Shown in pieces: positions 43,702-52,390 of a stretch of DNA of 54,798 nucleotides. How positions within the stretch are numbered: position 1 is the first letter of the stretch; each line of letters starts with the position of its first letter. Location of the stretch: positions 1-54,798 of the IMG/VR virus record IMGVR_UViG_3300031938_000004, one strand, 5' to 3'. The stretch comes from a virus (Duplodnaviria; Caudoviricetes). Below the pieces are notes generated by a model. The model saw nothing but the letters and a program-made list of their open reading frames with translations, was not told where the DNA came from and ran no database searches. Made by a program: the position numbers and the translations under genes.

Positions 43702-44202
43702 AGCAAAGTCAGAGGCCAACACCTGGCTGAGCCTGTTGTGGCGCTTGGCGCGGCTCTGGGCCATGGCCGCGTCCATGTCCGCCAAGGAGGCGTTGGCGTC
43801 CATCACCTGGGCGGTCAGCTCGGTGATCTTCGCATCGGCCATGCGGGCCTCGGCCTGCAGATGGGTGATTTGGGTGCGGGCATGGCGCAACTTATTGGTG
43901 GCCTCGGTCAGCCGCGTGAGCGTGCTTTGATTGTAGCCGTACAGCCGGCCACATTCTTCCCGCAGCACCTGCACCAGGCGCTTGTGCCCATCTGTCAGGA
44001 CCACCGGCCCCAGCGGGAAGGCTTTGACGGGCTTGGGATCGGCAAAGATGCCTTGGGCAAAGATGTTTTGGGCGCTCGGCTTCCAAACATCAGAGCTGCC
44101 TCGCTGCATCTGCGGCCGCGGCTCAGGGGTGGGCTCCCGAGACAGAGCAGGAGATAGGGAAGGAAGATCAAGGCGGTTGGTTTTGAAGACAACAGGGGGC
44201 AT
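43675..44202 (-). CDS. Hypothetical protein, Pro/Ser-rich N-terminus and coiled-coil C-terminus
   Basis: AGGAG RBS; heptad region LTEATNKLRHARTQITHLQAE. Confidence 0.7.
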   Translation of the reverse strand: MPPVVFKTNRLDLPSLSPALSREPTPEPRPQMQRGSSDVWKPSAQNIFAQGIFADPKPVKAFPLGPVVLTDGHKRLVQVLREECGRLYGYNQSTLTRLTEATNKLRHARTQITHLQAEARMADAKITELTAQVMDANASLADMDAAMAQSRAKRHNRLSQVLASDFASEPVSREN

Positions 44203-44215
44203 TCAATAGTCTCCT

Positions 44216-45886
44216 CTAGGCTGCAAATTCGACGATAGCGGTCGCACTGGCAGCAAGGTACTGGGCACCTAAGCTGGCGGTGACAGAGACTGTGATCTGG
44301 TCGTTTGGATTGAAAGGACAGGCACCTTTGGCTATCTGAAAGCTACCGGCCTTGTCATTGAAAACGTTATAAAAATTATATTCATAAGTCTTTGTCCCGT
44401 TCACGAAGATCTTGATGCCGACGGTCGAAGATTTTCCAGTGTAAATCGAGCAGCCTACGCCGACGATTGAGCCAGAGAAGGCCGGAATAAAGATTCTCGA
44501 TTGGTACTGTGTGACGCCGGTGTCGAGATCCAAAATAGCTTCGCCCAAAAGCTGGTCTCCGCCGTTGTAAGCGCTGCGGATGCTCTTCCCGAGGTAGATC
44601 GAGGATTTGAATCCACTCGCGCTGACCATATTGTTGGCCGATACGGTCCCGGTGGCCGAGACGCTGCTGCTGGAGACGGATGTGGCCGTCACCGCCGCAA
44701 GCGTCGAGGCCCCGGTGACGGTCAACTCTGGGAAGGTCGTCGAGAGCTGGGCGGCCGCGCTGATGTGCACCAGCAGCGTGGAGGGCGAGGTCGCCGTGCC
44801 CACGGGCGCGACAAACAAGCCGGTGGTCGTCGGCCGGGTGGGCGTGATGGCGCCAGGGGTGGCCGGGTCCAGATAGTAGGCCGCGCCAGGGATGAGGCCG
44901 CTGAAGCCCTGCAAAAAGCCCGACCGCACGATGCGGGCAGAGCTTCCCGAGGCTATGGCGACGGGCACAAAGCCGGCGCAGGTCCCGCGCTGGCCGCCGC
45001 GTGCGGCGCTGGCATCGCACAGATAGGCAGAGCCTTGGGTGCGGCCATCTGCGGCGCCCCGGGACAGATAGACCGCCCGCACGGCCGGCAGGGCTTCACC
45101 GGCCAAAGCATCCTGGACCGTCACGTAGCCTGTGCCGCTCAGAGCCCGAGCCTCTTGGTCGCGCAGCCAGATCTCGGTGGAGCCGATGCCGATGGAGCAG
45201 ACCGTCTCAAGGGCGCGGGCGAGCACCACGGTATTGGGGCCGGGCACCAAGGAAGCGGCGGGTGCGACTTTGACGGTCAGGGCGCCGGTGCTGTTGAAGG
45301 AGAGCATCCCCTGCTCAGCACTCGAGGTCGGCTCGGCGCTGAGGGTCAAGGAAGAGCCGTTCACCGCCAGAACAGTCGTGCCGGCGGGGATCCCCTCGCC
45401 GCTGACGGCCATGCCGATCTCAATGCCCGCCTCATACCCCAAAGAAGTCACCGTCGCGCTTCCTTCGGTATAATCGGCGGTGGTGGAGAAGGGGAAGTTG
45501 ACGTTGACGTAGGCGACGCTGCCAGGCGGCACGATGGCCTGGCCTGCGGGCACCTGATTGTCGCTGTCTTTGGCGGAGGGGATGGACAAAATAAGCGTGT
45601 CCGACCAGCTCAGCGCGCCCGATGCCGCAGCAAAGGACCACTGCCCGCCGCCGATAAGGCGCATGGAGTGGTTGAGGCTTGTGGCCAAGACCGTGCTGTT
45701 GACCCCTTCGGCCAAAAACTGTGCCCATTGGTCGAGGTTGTGCAGAGCGTAGTTGAGCCACGGCGCCGGCAAAGGCTGTCCCGCTTGAAAACCTGTGGCC
45801 GAGATGGACGAGGGGGGCTGGGCGAGGTTGCTGGAGTTGGCGTCAGGCACCCAGGCAAGATGGCGGTCGGGATGTTGGCTCGGCAT
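44216..45886 (-). CDS. Tail fibre / receptor-binding protein
   Basis: GF..G..LPA.WLNY..W..FL baseplate-attachment N-terminus; last gene of baseplate module. Confidence 0.8.
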   Translation of the reverse strand: MPSQHPDRHLAWVPDANSSNLAQPPSSISATGFQAGQPLPAPWLNYALHNLDQWAQFLAEGVNSTVLATSLNHSMRLIGGGQWSFAAASGALSWSDTLILSIPSAKDSDNQVPAGQAIVPPGSVAYVNVNFPFSTTADYTEGSATVTSLGYEAGIEIGMAVSGEGIPAGTTVLAVNGSSLTLSAEPTSSAEQGMLSFNSTGALTVKVAPAASLVPGPNTVVLARALETVCSIGIGSTEIWLRDQEARALSGTGYVTVQDALAGEALPAVRAVYLSRGAADGRTQGSAYLCDASAARGGQRGTCAGFVPVAIASGSSARIVRSGFLQGFSGLIPGAAYYLDPATPGAITPTRPTTTGLFVAPVGTATSPSTLLVHISAAAQLSTTFPELTVTGASTLAAVTATSVSSSSVSATGTVSANNMVSASGFKSSIYLGKSIRSAYNGGDQLLGEAILDLDTGVTQYQSRIFIPAFSGSIVGVGCSIYTGKSSTVGIKIFVNGTKTYEYNFYNVFNDKAGSFQIAKGACPFNPNDQITVSVTASLGAQYLAASATAIVEFAA

Positions 45887-45898
45887 GGCAAAACCTTC

Positions 45899-46540
45899 TT
45901 AGGCAAAAGTCTGTTGAAAGAGGATGTCGGCCAGAAGGCCGCCAGGATCGTCGGGGCCCGCACTCAAGAAGCCGACCCAGGGCTGTGGCCCCTCGCAGGC
46001 CAGAGCTTGGGCATCGGTGCTTTCAAAGGCGCTCAGGGAGACGAGGACGACGCCGGCCGGCAAGCTGGCCCGGATGATGCGCAGAAGCAGCGGCAAAAGG
46101 GCCAAGTCCGTCTTCGGATCTGCCACCGCCAGGGAGATCTCAGCATAGGCCTGCTGGCGGGCATGACCGGGAGCATTGGGGGTGGTCACGTAGACGGCGC
46201 TGGCTTGGAAGAGCGCCGCGGTGATGGTCACGATGTCTGCCAGGGTGCCGCGGGAGGTGTTAGTGGCAATCTTGCCGCGAATCAAGATGCGGTAGACGCT
46301 GTCCTCGAGGCCGTTTCGGGCAATGCCGATGAGGGCACCGATGGCATCAAGCTGCGCGCCTGAAGCGGCATCTCCAAACAAAAACCTGCCCTTGGCGATG
46401 GTTTGCAGCGCATCTTCGAGCACTTGAGTTCGGCTGGCCAAGCCCGCCACCAAAGCCTCGATGTTGGCCTGACCCTGATATTGGGTGATGAGCCGTCCTT
46501 GGGCCTGGGCAATATGGTCGGCAATATAGGCGACGGTCAT
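45899..46540 (-). CDS. Baseplate wedge protein (DUF2612-like)
   Basis: LITQY, A.GAQLD.IG.LIGI.R..L.D..YR.LI..KI..N.S.GT. Confidence 0.85.
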   Translation of the reverse strand: MTVAYIADHIAQAQGRLITQYQGQANIEALVAGLASRTQVLEDALQTIAKGRFLFGDAASGAQLDAIGALIGIARNGLEDSVYRILIRGKIATNTSRGTLADIVTITAALFQASAVYVTTPNAPGHARQQAYAEISLAVADPKTDLALLPLLLRIIRASLPAGVVLVSLSAFESTDAQALACEGPQPWVGFLSAGPDDPGGLLADILFQQTFA

Positions 46541-48882
46541 TGGTAGCTGACCTGGGTGTTGAAGCTGGAGGCCAGGGCCACCTGCTCGGGCAGAAGCTGC
46601 AGGTTGGCAGTGTTGCTGGGCTCTGGGGTCACATCAAAGGCGATGGCCACATCAACAATGCCCGGCACATCCCGAAAGCTGGAGCCGATGCCGGTGGTGC
46701 CACGCAGCGTCAACAGGCCGCCGATGGCGGTCGCGTTGATGGCCTCGATGACATCTGCCTCGATGGTCTGCACGCTCGCCGGATCAAACAGAGCATCGCC
46801 GTTGAGGCCGCTTGTTGCATCGCCCGGGGTGTTGAAGAGATCCGTGGTCAGCAGGATCTCGAGGTAGATGGGCACCTGCACCGGCCGGGTAAAGGAGATC
46901 TCCTGCGGATTTTGACCCGCGTCCTTGAGGGTTAGGGTGTGGCTGATGACCATCGGGACGTTGCTGGAGTCTGACAGAGCGGGCCGGTTGAGGGTGATGG
47001 TGGTGCCGCCGATGGCTGTGATGATGGCCCCGGAGGGCAGTCCCTGGCCGAAGATGGCTTCGCCGACCACAGCATTGGAAGCGGAGGCCAAGAGCACCTG
47101 GGAGGAGCCGGCAACGCACGAGCCCAACGTGGTCAGGATGGGCGAGCCGTAGGTGGTGATGCCGCCCGCTGAGGCATCAAGGATGGTTTGGGCAATCTCT
47201 GCATCGCTGCCACCCTCCACCACGTACTCGACGCTCTTGGGGGGCCGGCCGAACGTGGCCGTCAAGGCCGCGCCGGTCGTGTCCTCGGGAACGGTCAGCA
47301 AAGGCAGAGCCTGGCCACCCTCGGCGCCCTCAAAGTCCACCACAAAGCCGTAGGTGTAAGCGCCTGAGACCGTGCACGATTCAATGCCCTCGATGCTCTC
47401 CAGGGCCATCTGCACATCTTTGGCGGCGGCATTGAAAGGCAAAGAGGGCGTGGTCGTGCCCAAAAAAGCCAGGGTGTAGCTGCCCGAAGTCGGCGTGCGG
47501 ATGAAGTTGAGCCGCTGCAGGGCTGCGGCCGTCAGGTTCTGAAAGCCGATGGCCGCGGTCACGCCAGGAAGCTGCTGCAGGCGGCCCAGGGTGGCTGCCA
47601 AAGGTCCTGCTCCCGTGCTGGCCAACAGGTTTTTGCGCCGGGCCATGGCCTCGGTGTCGCTTTCGGTGGCCCGCCCGGTCAAACAATCCAAAGGGTTGGT
47701 GACGCTCTGCCAGCCCATGGTGGCCGAGCCGATCACATTCAGATCACCGGCCAAGACCACCTGCGCGCCCGTCTCCAGGGCTGTGGCGGTGCCGACGCCC
47801 TGGGCGGGCTTGCCGGTGACGGCGCTTGATTGCGCCACGTTAACCGCGGTCTGCCCGCGAAACAATAGGTTGCGGACAATCTCCACGTTGGCCTGGGCCA
47901 TCGCGCCGCTTGAGGGCTGGCCGTCCAGAGGCGTCAGGGCCCCGAAGGCCAGGCGGATTTGATTGGTGGCCGGTGTTGTCACGGACACATCTGTGAAGGG
48001 CATCAGGCCCGTATAAGGATCAAGGAGGCTCTGCAGGTAGACGCCCAAAGCCTGCTTCACGGTGATCTGAGCATCCGTGGTCTCTGAGCAGACCACTTTG
48101 GGGATTTGTAAGCTGGGCCACAAAATCACCAGGCCCTGAGGCCAGGCGCCCTGCACGCCGACGCTCGCCAATTTGTCGAGCTTGGCAATCTCGGTCTGCC
48201 ACTGCGCCGCGGTGGCCCCAAAGGGCAGGGTGATGGGATCGTGAGCGCCGATGGTGAGGGTGATGGCGCCAGCAGAAGGTGCTTTGTCGGCCGTCAATAC
48301 AGTCTGGGCGGCCTGCGCATCAAAGGGGATGGGGCTGGTGGTGACGGTGGCGCCCGAGGGGGTCTCGAGGGTGAGGCAAAAAGAGCCCGAGGTGGGTGCC
48401 GCCGACAAAAACAGGTTCTGCACGGCATGGACGGCTTCTTCGATGGTCACCGCAGCATCAAGGGCAAAGTCGATGGGCGGCGTGGTGCTCGTCTGCAGGA
48501 TGCTCCCGGCGGGCACCACGGTTCCGGGCGTGCCGCCCAGCACGAGCCCCGAGAGGATTTTGCCGTTGGCCTCCGTGCTCGGGGTGGGGTTGGTGACGGT
48601 GGCACGGGCCCCCAGCCGCACAAGGCCCGTTAATGCCAGCATGTTGTCGACGTAGACGCCCTGGGCCCCCGCTGGGGTGTTACTTAAGACATCGTCCTGC
48701 AAAGCTTCCCAAAGCAATGCCTCCCGTTCGGAGAAGATGCCGATGAGCTGACCAAAAACGGTCGAGGATGACAGATTGACCGTGGCCCCGAAGCGGTCCC
48801 GAAAGGCCTGCTGCAAGTCGGCGACAATCTGAGATTGCCTGGGAAGAATGAAGCCTGCGTCAGAAAGTCCGTATGTTGGCAT
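46537..48882 (-). CDS. Baseplate J-like protein with inserted domains
   Basis: YGLS..GF, GQLIGI, AQGVY.D, GW.SVTN, G...ESD.E..R, VEGG.D..IA..I..GI.TYG, FTRP. Confidence 0.9.
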   Translation of the reverse strand: MPTYGLSDAGFILPRQSQIVADLQQAFRDRFGATVNLSSSTVFGQLIGIFSEREALLWEALQDDVLSNTPAGAQGVYVDNMLALTGLVRLGARATVTNPTPSTEANGKILSGLVLGGTPGTVVPAGSILQTSTTPPIDFALDAAVTIEEAVHAVQNLFLSAAPTSGSFCLTLETPSGATVTTSPIPFDAQAAQTVLTADKAPSAGAITLTIGAHDPITLPFGATAAQWQTEIAKLDKLASVGVQGAWPQGLVILWPSLQIPKVVCSETTDAQITVKQALGVYLQSLLDPYTGLMPFTDVSVTTPATNQIRLAFGALTPLDGQPSSGAMAQANVEIVRNLLFRGQTAVNVAQSSAVTGKPAQGVGTATALETGAQVVLAGDLNVIGSATMGWQSVTNPLDCLTGRATESDTEAMARRKNLLASTGAGPLAATLGRLQQLPGVTAAIGFQNLTAAALQRLNFIRTPTSGSYTLAFLGTTTPSLPFNAAAKDVQMALESIEGIESCTVSGAYTYGFVVDFEGAEGGQALPLLTVPEDTTGAALTATFGRPPKSVEYVVEGGSDAEIAQTILDASAGGITTYGSPILTTLGSCVAGSSQVLLASASNAVVGEAIFGQGLPSGAIITAIGGTTITLNRPALSDSSNVPMVISHTLTLKDAGQNPQEISFTRPVQVPIYLEILLTTDLFNTPGDATSGLNGDALFDPASVQTIEADVIEAINATAIGGLLTLRGTTGIGSSFRDVPGIVDVAIAFDVTPEPSNTANLQLLPEQVALASSFNTQVSYQ

Positions 48883-49298
48883 CAGGAGGCCCCGCCTGTG
48901 GTCATGGGCACTTGAGCGGAGATGTGCGCGCCCGTGGCCGTCAAAATAGAGAATGAAACCGTCATGGTGCGTTTGCCCAGGTCTTGGTGGCTCGTGTAGC
49001 TCAGCAGGGTTGTGACGCCGGGGGTGCCCAAGATGCAGTCACGCAAAAGGCCGTCGACCACGCTCTTGTCGGCATTGGCCACCAAGATCTGCTGGTACCA
49101 CGGGAGCCCATCTGACGTGTTCATGAACCATTCCCCCAAGTAGAGCTTGAGGCGCTGGGTCACGAACTGAATGACCGAATCGGTGCCGGCAGGATTGACG
49201 TCCGCCGTCAGCGTCAAGTCTCCTTGATGCAGCAGCAGATCCCCATAGCCCTTTTGGCCGATGAGCGTCGGATCATAATTCAAGCTCAGATCACTCAA
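48882..49298 (-). CDS. Baseplate wedge / sheath initiator protein
   Basis: Q....RL..YLGEWF.N...G.PW..I..TPGV. Confidence 0.8.
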   Translation of the reverse strand: MSDLSLNYDPTLIGQKGYGDLLLHQGDLTLTADVNPAGTDSVIQFVTQRLKLYLGEWFMNTSDGLPWYQQILVANADKSVVDGLLRDCILGTPGVTTLLSYTSHQDLGKRTMTVSFSILTATGAHISAQVPMTTGGAS

Positions 49299-49573
49299 GA
49301 CACACTCCCAAGGCCGATGATGGCAGCGGGCGCCGAGGTCGCCCCTGCGCCCATGGGTGTCGCCACAGGTTGGCCCGCAGGATTTTGCAAAGTGGCAGGA
49401 TTCACCTGGGCATTGCCCACGATGTAGCCCAAATCAGCGCCCCACACGGTCACGAGCTGCGCCTTGACGCGGGCCCTCTCCGCCTCGTTGAGGGCACTGA
49501 AGCCGGGCTGAGAGGCAAGGGCATTGTAAACGGCTTGGGCTCGGTCATCGGCGCGCATCATGCCAGGCATCAT
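49295..49573 (-). CDS. Small baseplate/spike-associated protein
   Basis: 92 aa after the spike gene. Confidence 0.55.
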   Translation of the reverse strand: MMPGMMRADDRAQAVYNALASQPGFSALNEAERARVKAQLVTVWGADLGYIVGNAQVNPATLQNPAGQPVATPMGAGATSAPAAIIGLGSVS

Positions 49574-49594
49574 GCCCCAATTGTTTGCGGCGTG

Positions 49595-50326
49595 CTAACT
49601 GTGGCCCTTGAAGGTGTCGAGCCGCTGCAGGATGGCGGTCATCTGGCTTTGGATTTGAGCGAATTGGGCCACCGAGGACGCGAGCATCGGCGCCGGACCA
49701 AAGGCGGTTAACACCTGGGCCGACTGCATCGCCGACAGAGTGTCGATGAGGGCCTGACTTGCGTCATGCAGCACCTGCATCAATTCATTGGCCGCATTGG
49801 TGACGGTCAGGGTGCCGCTCTTTTGCAGCCGCAGCGTCATTTTGCCGTTGCCGAGCACCAGATCCTGCCCGGTGTCCTTGGTCTGGAGCGCCACAGGCAC
49901 CAGCCCCGGCACAAACAGAGCATCGGCCAAGTGATGCGAGCGGGTGTCCTGAGGATCTGTGGCCTGGCCTGTGCCTGACAGCCAGGCGTCGAGACTCCGG
50001 TCGGCCACCAGCACCAGCCCCGTGTCGCCCTCCGCCAGGGGATAAGAGACGCGATAGTCGCCCCCCTGCGGCATGATGACCGGCACGTGCCGGATCTGCG
50101 GCATGTCATTGGGGCTCTGGCCGATATAACGCACCTTCAAAAGCGGCTGCACGTTGACCGTTTGGTCCGCCAGAACCGTGGTGATGGCCGCGGGGAAGGC
50201 CACCCGCAGCCCTTTGATGCCCTCGTCCACCATCCGGCGCATCAGCGCATCAAGAGGCAAGGTTTCGGGCTGGGCGATGGGCTGTGAGGCATCGCTGAGC
50301 GGCAGCACGGTATCGTAAACACTCAC
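49595..50326 (-). CDS. Baseplate central spike protein (Gp138 N-terminal type)
   Basis: TVNVQP, VPV..P.GG, GD.GL..ADRS.D.W, R.H.L.DA.F.PG. Confidence 0.88.
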   Translation of the reverse strand: MSVYDTVLPLSDASQPIAQPETLPLDALMRRMVDEGIKGLRVAFPAAITTVLADQTVNVQPLLKVRYIGQSPNDMPQIRHVPVIMPQGGDYRVSYPLAEGDTGLVLVADRSLDAWLSGTGQATDPQDTRSHHLADALFVPGLVPVALQTKDTGQDLVLGNGKMTLRLQKSGTLTVTNAANELMQVLHDASQALIDTLSAMQSAQVLTAFGPAPMLASSVAQFAQIQSQMTAILQRLDTFKGHS

Positions 50327-50340
50327 GTTACAAGCTCTCC

Positions 50341-51114
50341 TTAGGGGGCTGGGGCCACCACCACCACTTTGTCGACGCCGATGTGGCGGGTGCCTTTGGC
50401 AAATTGAGTCTCATCGACATCTGGGATGCTGAGGGCTGACAGATATTCATCATCCCGGATACCCCAGATGAGGCCGCTGGCCTGAATCTCGGCGCTGGTT
50501 ACGGCATTGATGTGTCCGCCGAGGGTGAGCGCCAGATCCTGCATGATGCTCAGCTTGTCGGTCTCTGCCAGCGTGTGGTCGGCCTCCTGCTGCCAGGACA
50601 CCTCGTAAACAACATCCCCAATCAAAGCTGAGCTGATCATGGTGATGGTGAAGCCGCCCTGGACGCGCTGCCTGACGGCCTGGGCGCAGGCTTCAGAGCG
50701 CAGGTAGAGGCCCTGCATCACCGTATCATCACTGATCTCAATGATGGACGCATTGCTGAGCTTGACCGTAATGGTGTCGACGCTGCGGAAGCGGCTGTTT
50801 TCTTTGATGAGGCCCAAAACACCCAGATCCAGCGACGAGGATTGGTCTTTGACCTTTTTGAGCGTGCCTGAGGCGGTCTGGCTGCGGACGGTCTGCAGGC
50901 TTGGGCCCAAGGAAGCGTCAGGGCTGCATATGATGCGGGCCTCGAAGGGCTCGCGCGAGATGATGGCGACCAAAGCGCCCGGCGCGAGCAGGGTCGATGG
51001 GGGTCTGAGTTCGGTGTACCCGTAGCTGCGCAGGAGCATGCCAGGCTCGGGACACCCCGAGTGGCCCATCAATAAGAAGCAAAGAGGCAGAAGGCGCGCC
51101 GCGGTAGGAGACAT
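50341..51114 (-). CDS. Putative lipoprotein with gasdermin-like motif pattern
   Basis: Signal-like MSPTAARLLPLCFLLMGHSG-C, then LLRSYGYTELRPPSTLLAPGALV, VDTITVKL..IEI, ITMISSAL, GLIWG. Confidence 0.6.
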   Translation of the reverse strand: MSPTAARLLPLCFLLMGHSGCPEPGMLLRSYGYTELRPPSTLLAPGALVAIISREPFEARIICSPDASLGPSLQTVRSQTASGTLKKVKDQSSSLDLGVLGLIKENSRFRSVDTITVKLSNASIIEISDDTVMQGLYLRSEACAQAVRQRVQGGFTITMISSALIGDVVYEVSWQQEADHTLAETDKLSIMQDLALTLGGHINAVTSAEIQASGLIWGIRDDEYLSALSIPDVDETQFAKGTRHIGVDKVVVVAPAP

Positions 51115-51127
51115 CAGAGCCCTTGGG

Positions 51128-52048
51128 TCAGATGAGGCCCGGCACCACAGCTTGGTTGTAAGCAAAGCCTGTGGCCGGCGACAGTTCAGCCTGGACATTA
51201 ACGGCCTTTACGCCCTGGCAGGCAACCGACCATTTGGCTTCGTGGGTGTCTCCTGTCATTTTACAGCTTCGGATCTGCACAAAGCCCGAGGTGTTGACGT
51301 TCTGGGTCACCAATTTGACGAGCTGGCCGGGCACGAGCTTGGGGTTGAGCAGAGCCTCGAAGGAGATGGCCGTCGGGTTGACCGAGGGGATATTCAAAAG
51401 GCCCGTCTTGGAGCTCAACACGATGGCCGCAGTGCCTAAGGTCGCATGCATGGGGAGGATGTTGAGCTTGTTGTTGTTGATGCGCGCCTCGAGACCATAC
51501 GGGTGCAGAAGCGTGGTCAGGATGTTGATGCATAGGCCATGGGCAGGATAGCCGCGGGGGAATTTTTTGGCGGGCAGCCCCACCACCAGACCCGGCTCGA
51601 CGTCCATCGCCTTGGCCACGTCGCTCAAAATGGTGGCAAGCTTGGTGCCTGGCGGGTAGTCCTTGTCAAAATGGCTGTAGAGCACCGAGCGCAGGCCATC
51701 GATCACATCAAGCGTGGTCACGATGTCAGGGCCTTGGCGCTGGGTGGTGGCCTTGAAGATGGTGCCGGTAAACAACCGCTCCACAAGCCCCAGATAACCC
51801 GCGCTGAGCGACACCTGGTAGCCGTGCACAAGGGCTGTGCGGGTCGTTTGGCTGACATTGAAAAGGGAGATGGTGCCCTTGGTCGCCGCGCCCTGGGCCA
51901 CCTTGTTGAGATCAAACGCGATGCGCAGCGCTGACTGACTTTGGGCTGTGTTGCCGTAACGCATGCCCGCGCGAGCGCCGCCTGTCGCCGGACCAATGGT
52001 CAGATCATAAGCGCGCGCGTAGAGCAGTTGCTGGGTGCCGGTGAGCAT
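51128..52048 (-). CDS. Baseplate hub protein
   Basis: R.Y.LTIG, LRI.F, I.LFN, LSAGY..LF.G.I, GPD.VT, TGL...P, LLNP.L.PG, GDTH...W. Confidence 0.85.
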   Translation of the reverse strand: MLTGTQQLLYARAYDLTIGPATGGARAGMRYGNTAQSQSALRIAFDLNKVAQGAATKGTISLFNVSQTTRTALVHGYQVSLSAGYLGLVERLFTGTIFKATTQRQGPDIVTTLDVIDGLRSVLYSHFDKDYPPGTKLATILSDVAKAMDVEPGLVVGLPAKKFPRGYPAHGLCINILTTLLHPYGLEARINNNKLNILPMHATLGTAAIVLSSKTGLLNIPSVNPTAISFEALLNPKLVPGQLVKLVTQNVNTSGFVQIRSCKMTGDTHEAKWSVACQGVKAVNVQAELSPATGFAYNQAVVPGLI

Positions 52049-52069
52049 GAATGGCCCTCCAAAATAGTC

Positions 52070-52390
52070 TTAATTCACGACATAGTAGAGGGTGTGGTCG
52101 AGCAAAAAAGAGCCGAGCCCGGGCTGAGAGCCATCATCGGCATCATCAAGGCAAAGAAAGTCGCCCTTGGGGATGTTGAGCGTGTGATAGGGCGCGGTCA
52201 GGTTGCGCTGAATCAATAGCGGGATGCTCCCGAGCAGAAGATTGCCGGCCACATCATACAGGCTGAGGGTCCAGTAACCTGCCCGGGTGTTGAAGGCCAC
52301 CTCGAAAGTATAGGTGGCCGCGTCCAGGGCCATCTGGAAGGAGTACCACGGCACAGATTGGTCCAGCGGGATAACGGTTGCGGTCGCCAT
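52070..52390 (-). CDS. Small baseplate (plug-type) protein
   Basis: 106 aa; FNTR...W.LSL.D..G..LL..IPL, ends LYY. Confidence 0.8.
   Translation of the reverse strand: MATATVIPLDQSVPWYSFQMALDAATYTFEVAFNTRAGYWTLSLYDVAGNLLLGSIPLLIQRNLTAPYHTLNIPKGDFLCLDDADDGSQPGLGSFLLDHTLYYVVN

Noticed and set aside
44501-46363. 620-aa plus-strand ORF and similar long antisense ORFs (10534-11727, 22588-23532, 34968-35936, 3557-4480)
   Set aside because: Shadows of well-supported minus-strand genes in high-GC DNA, with no recognisable motifs
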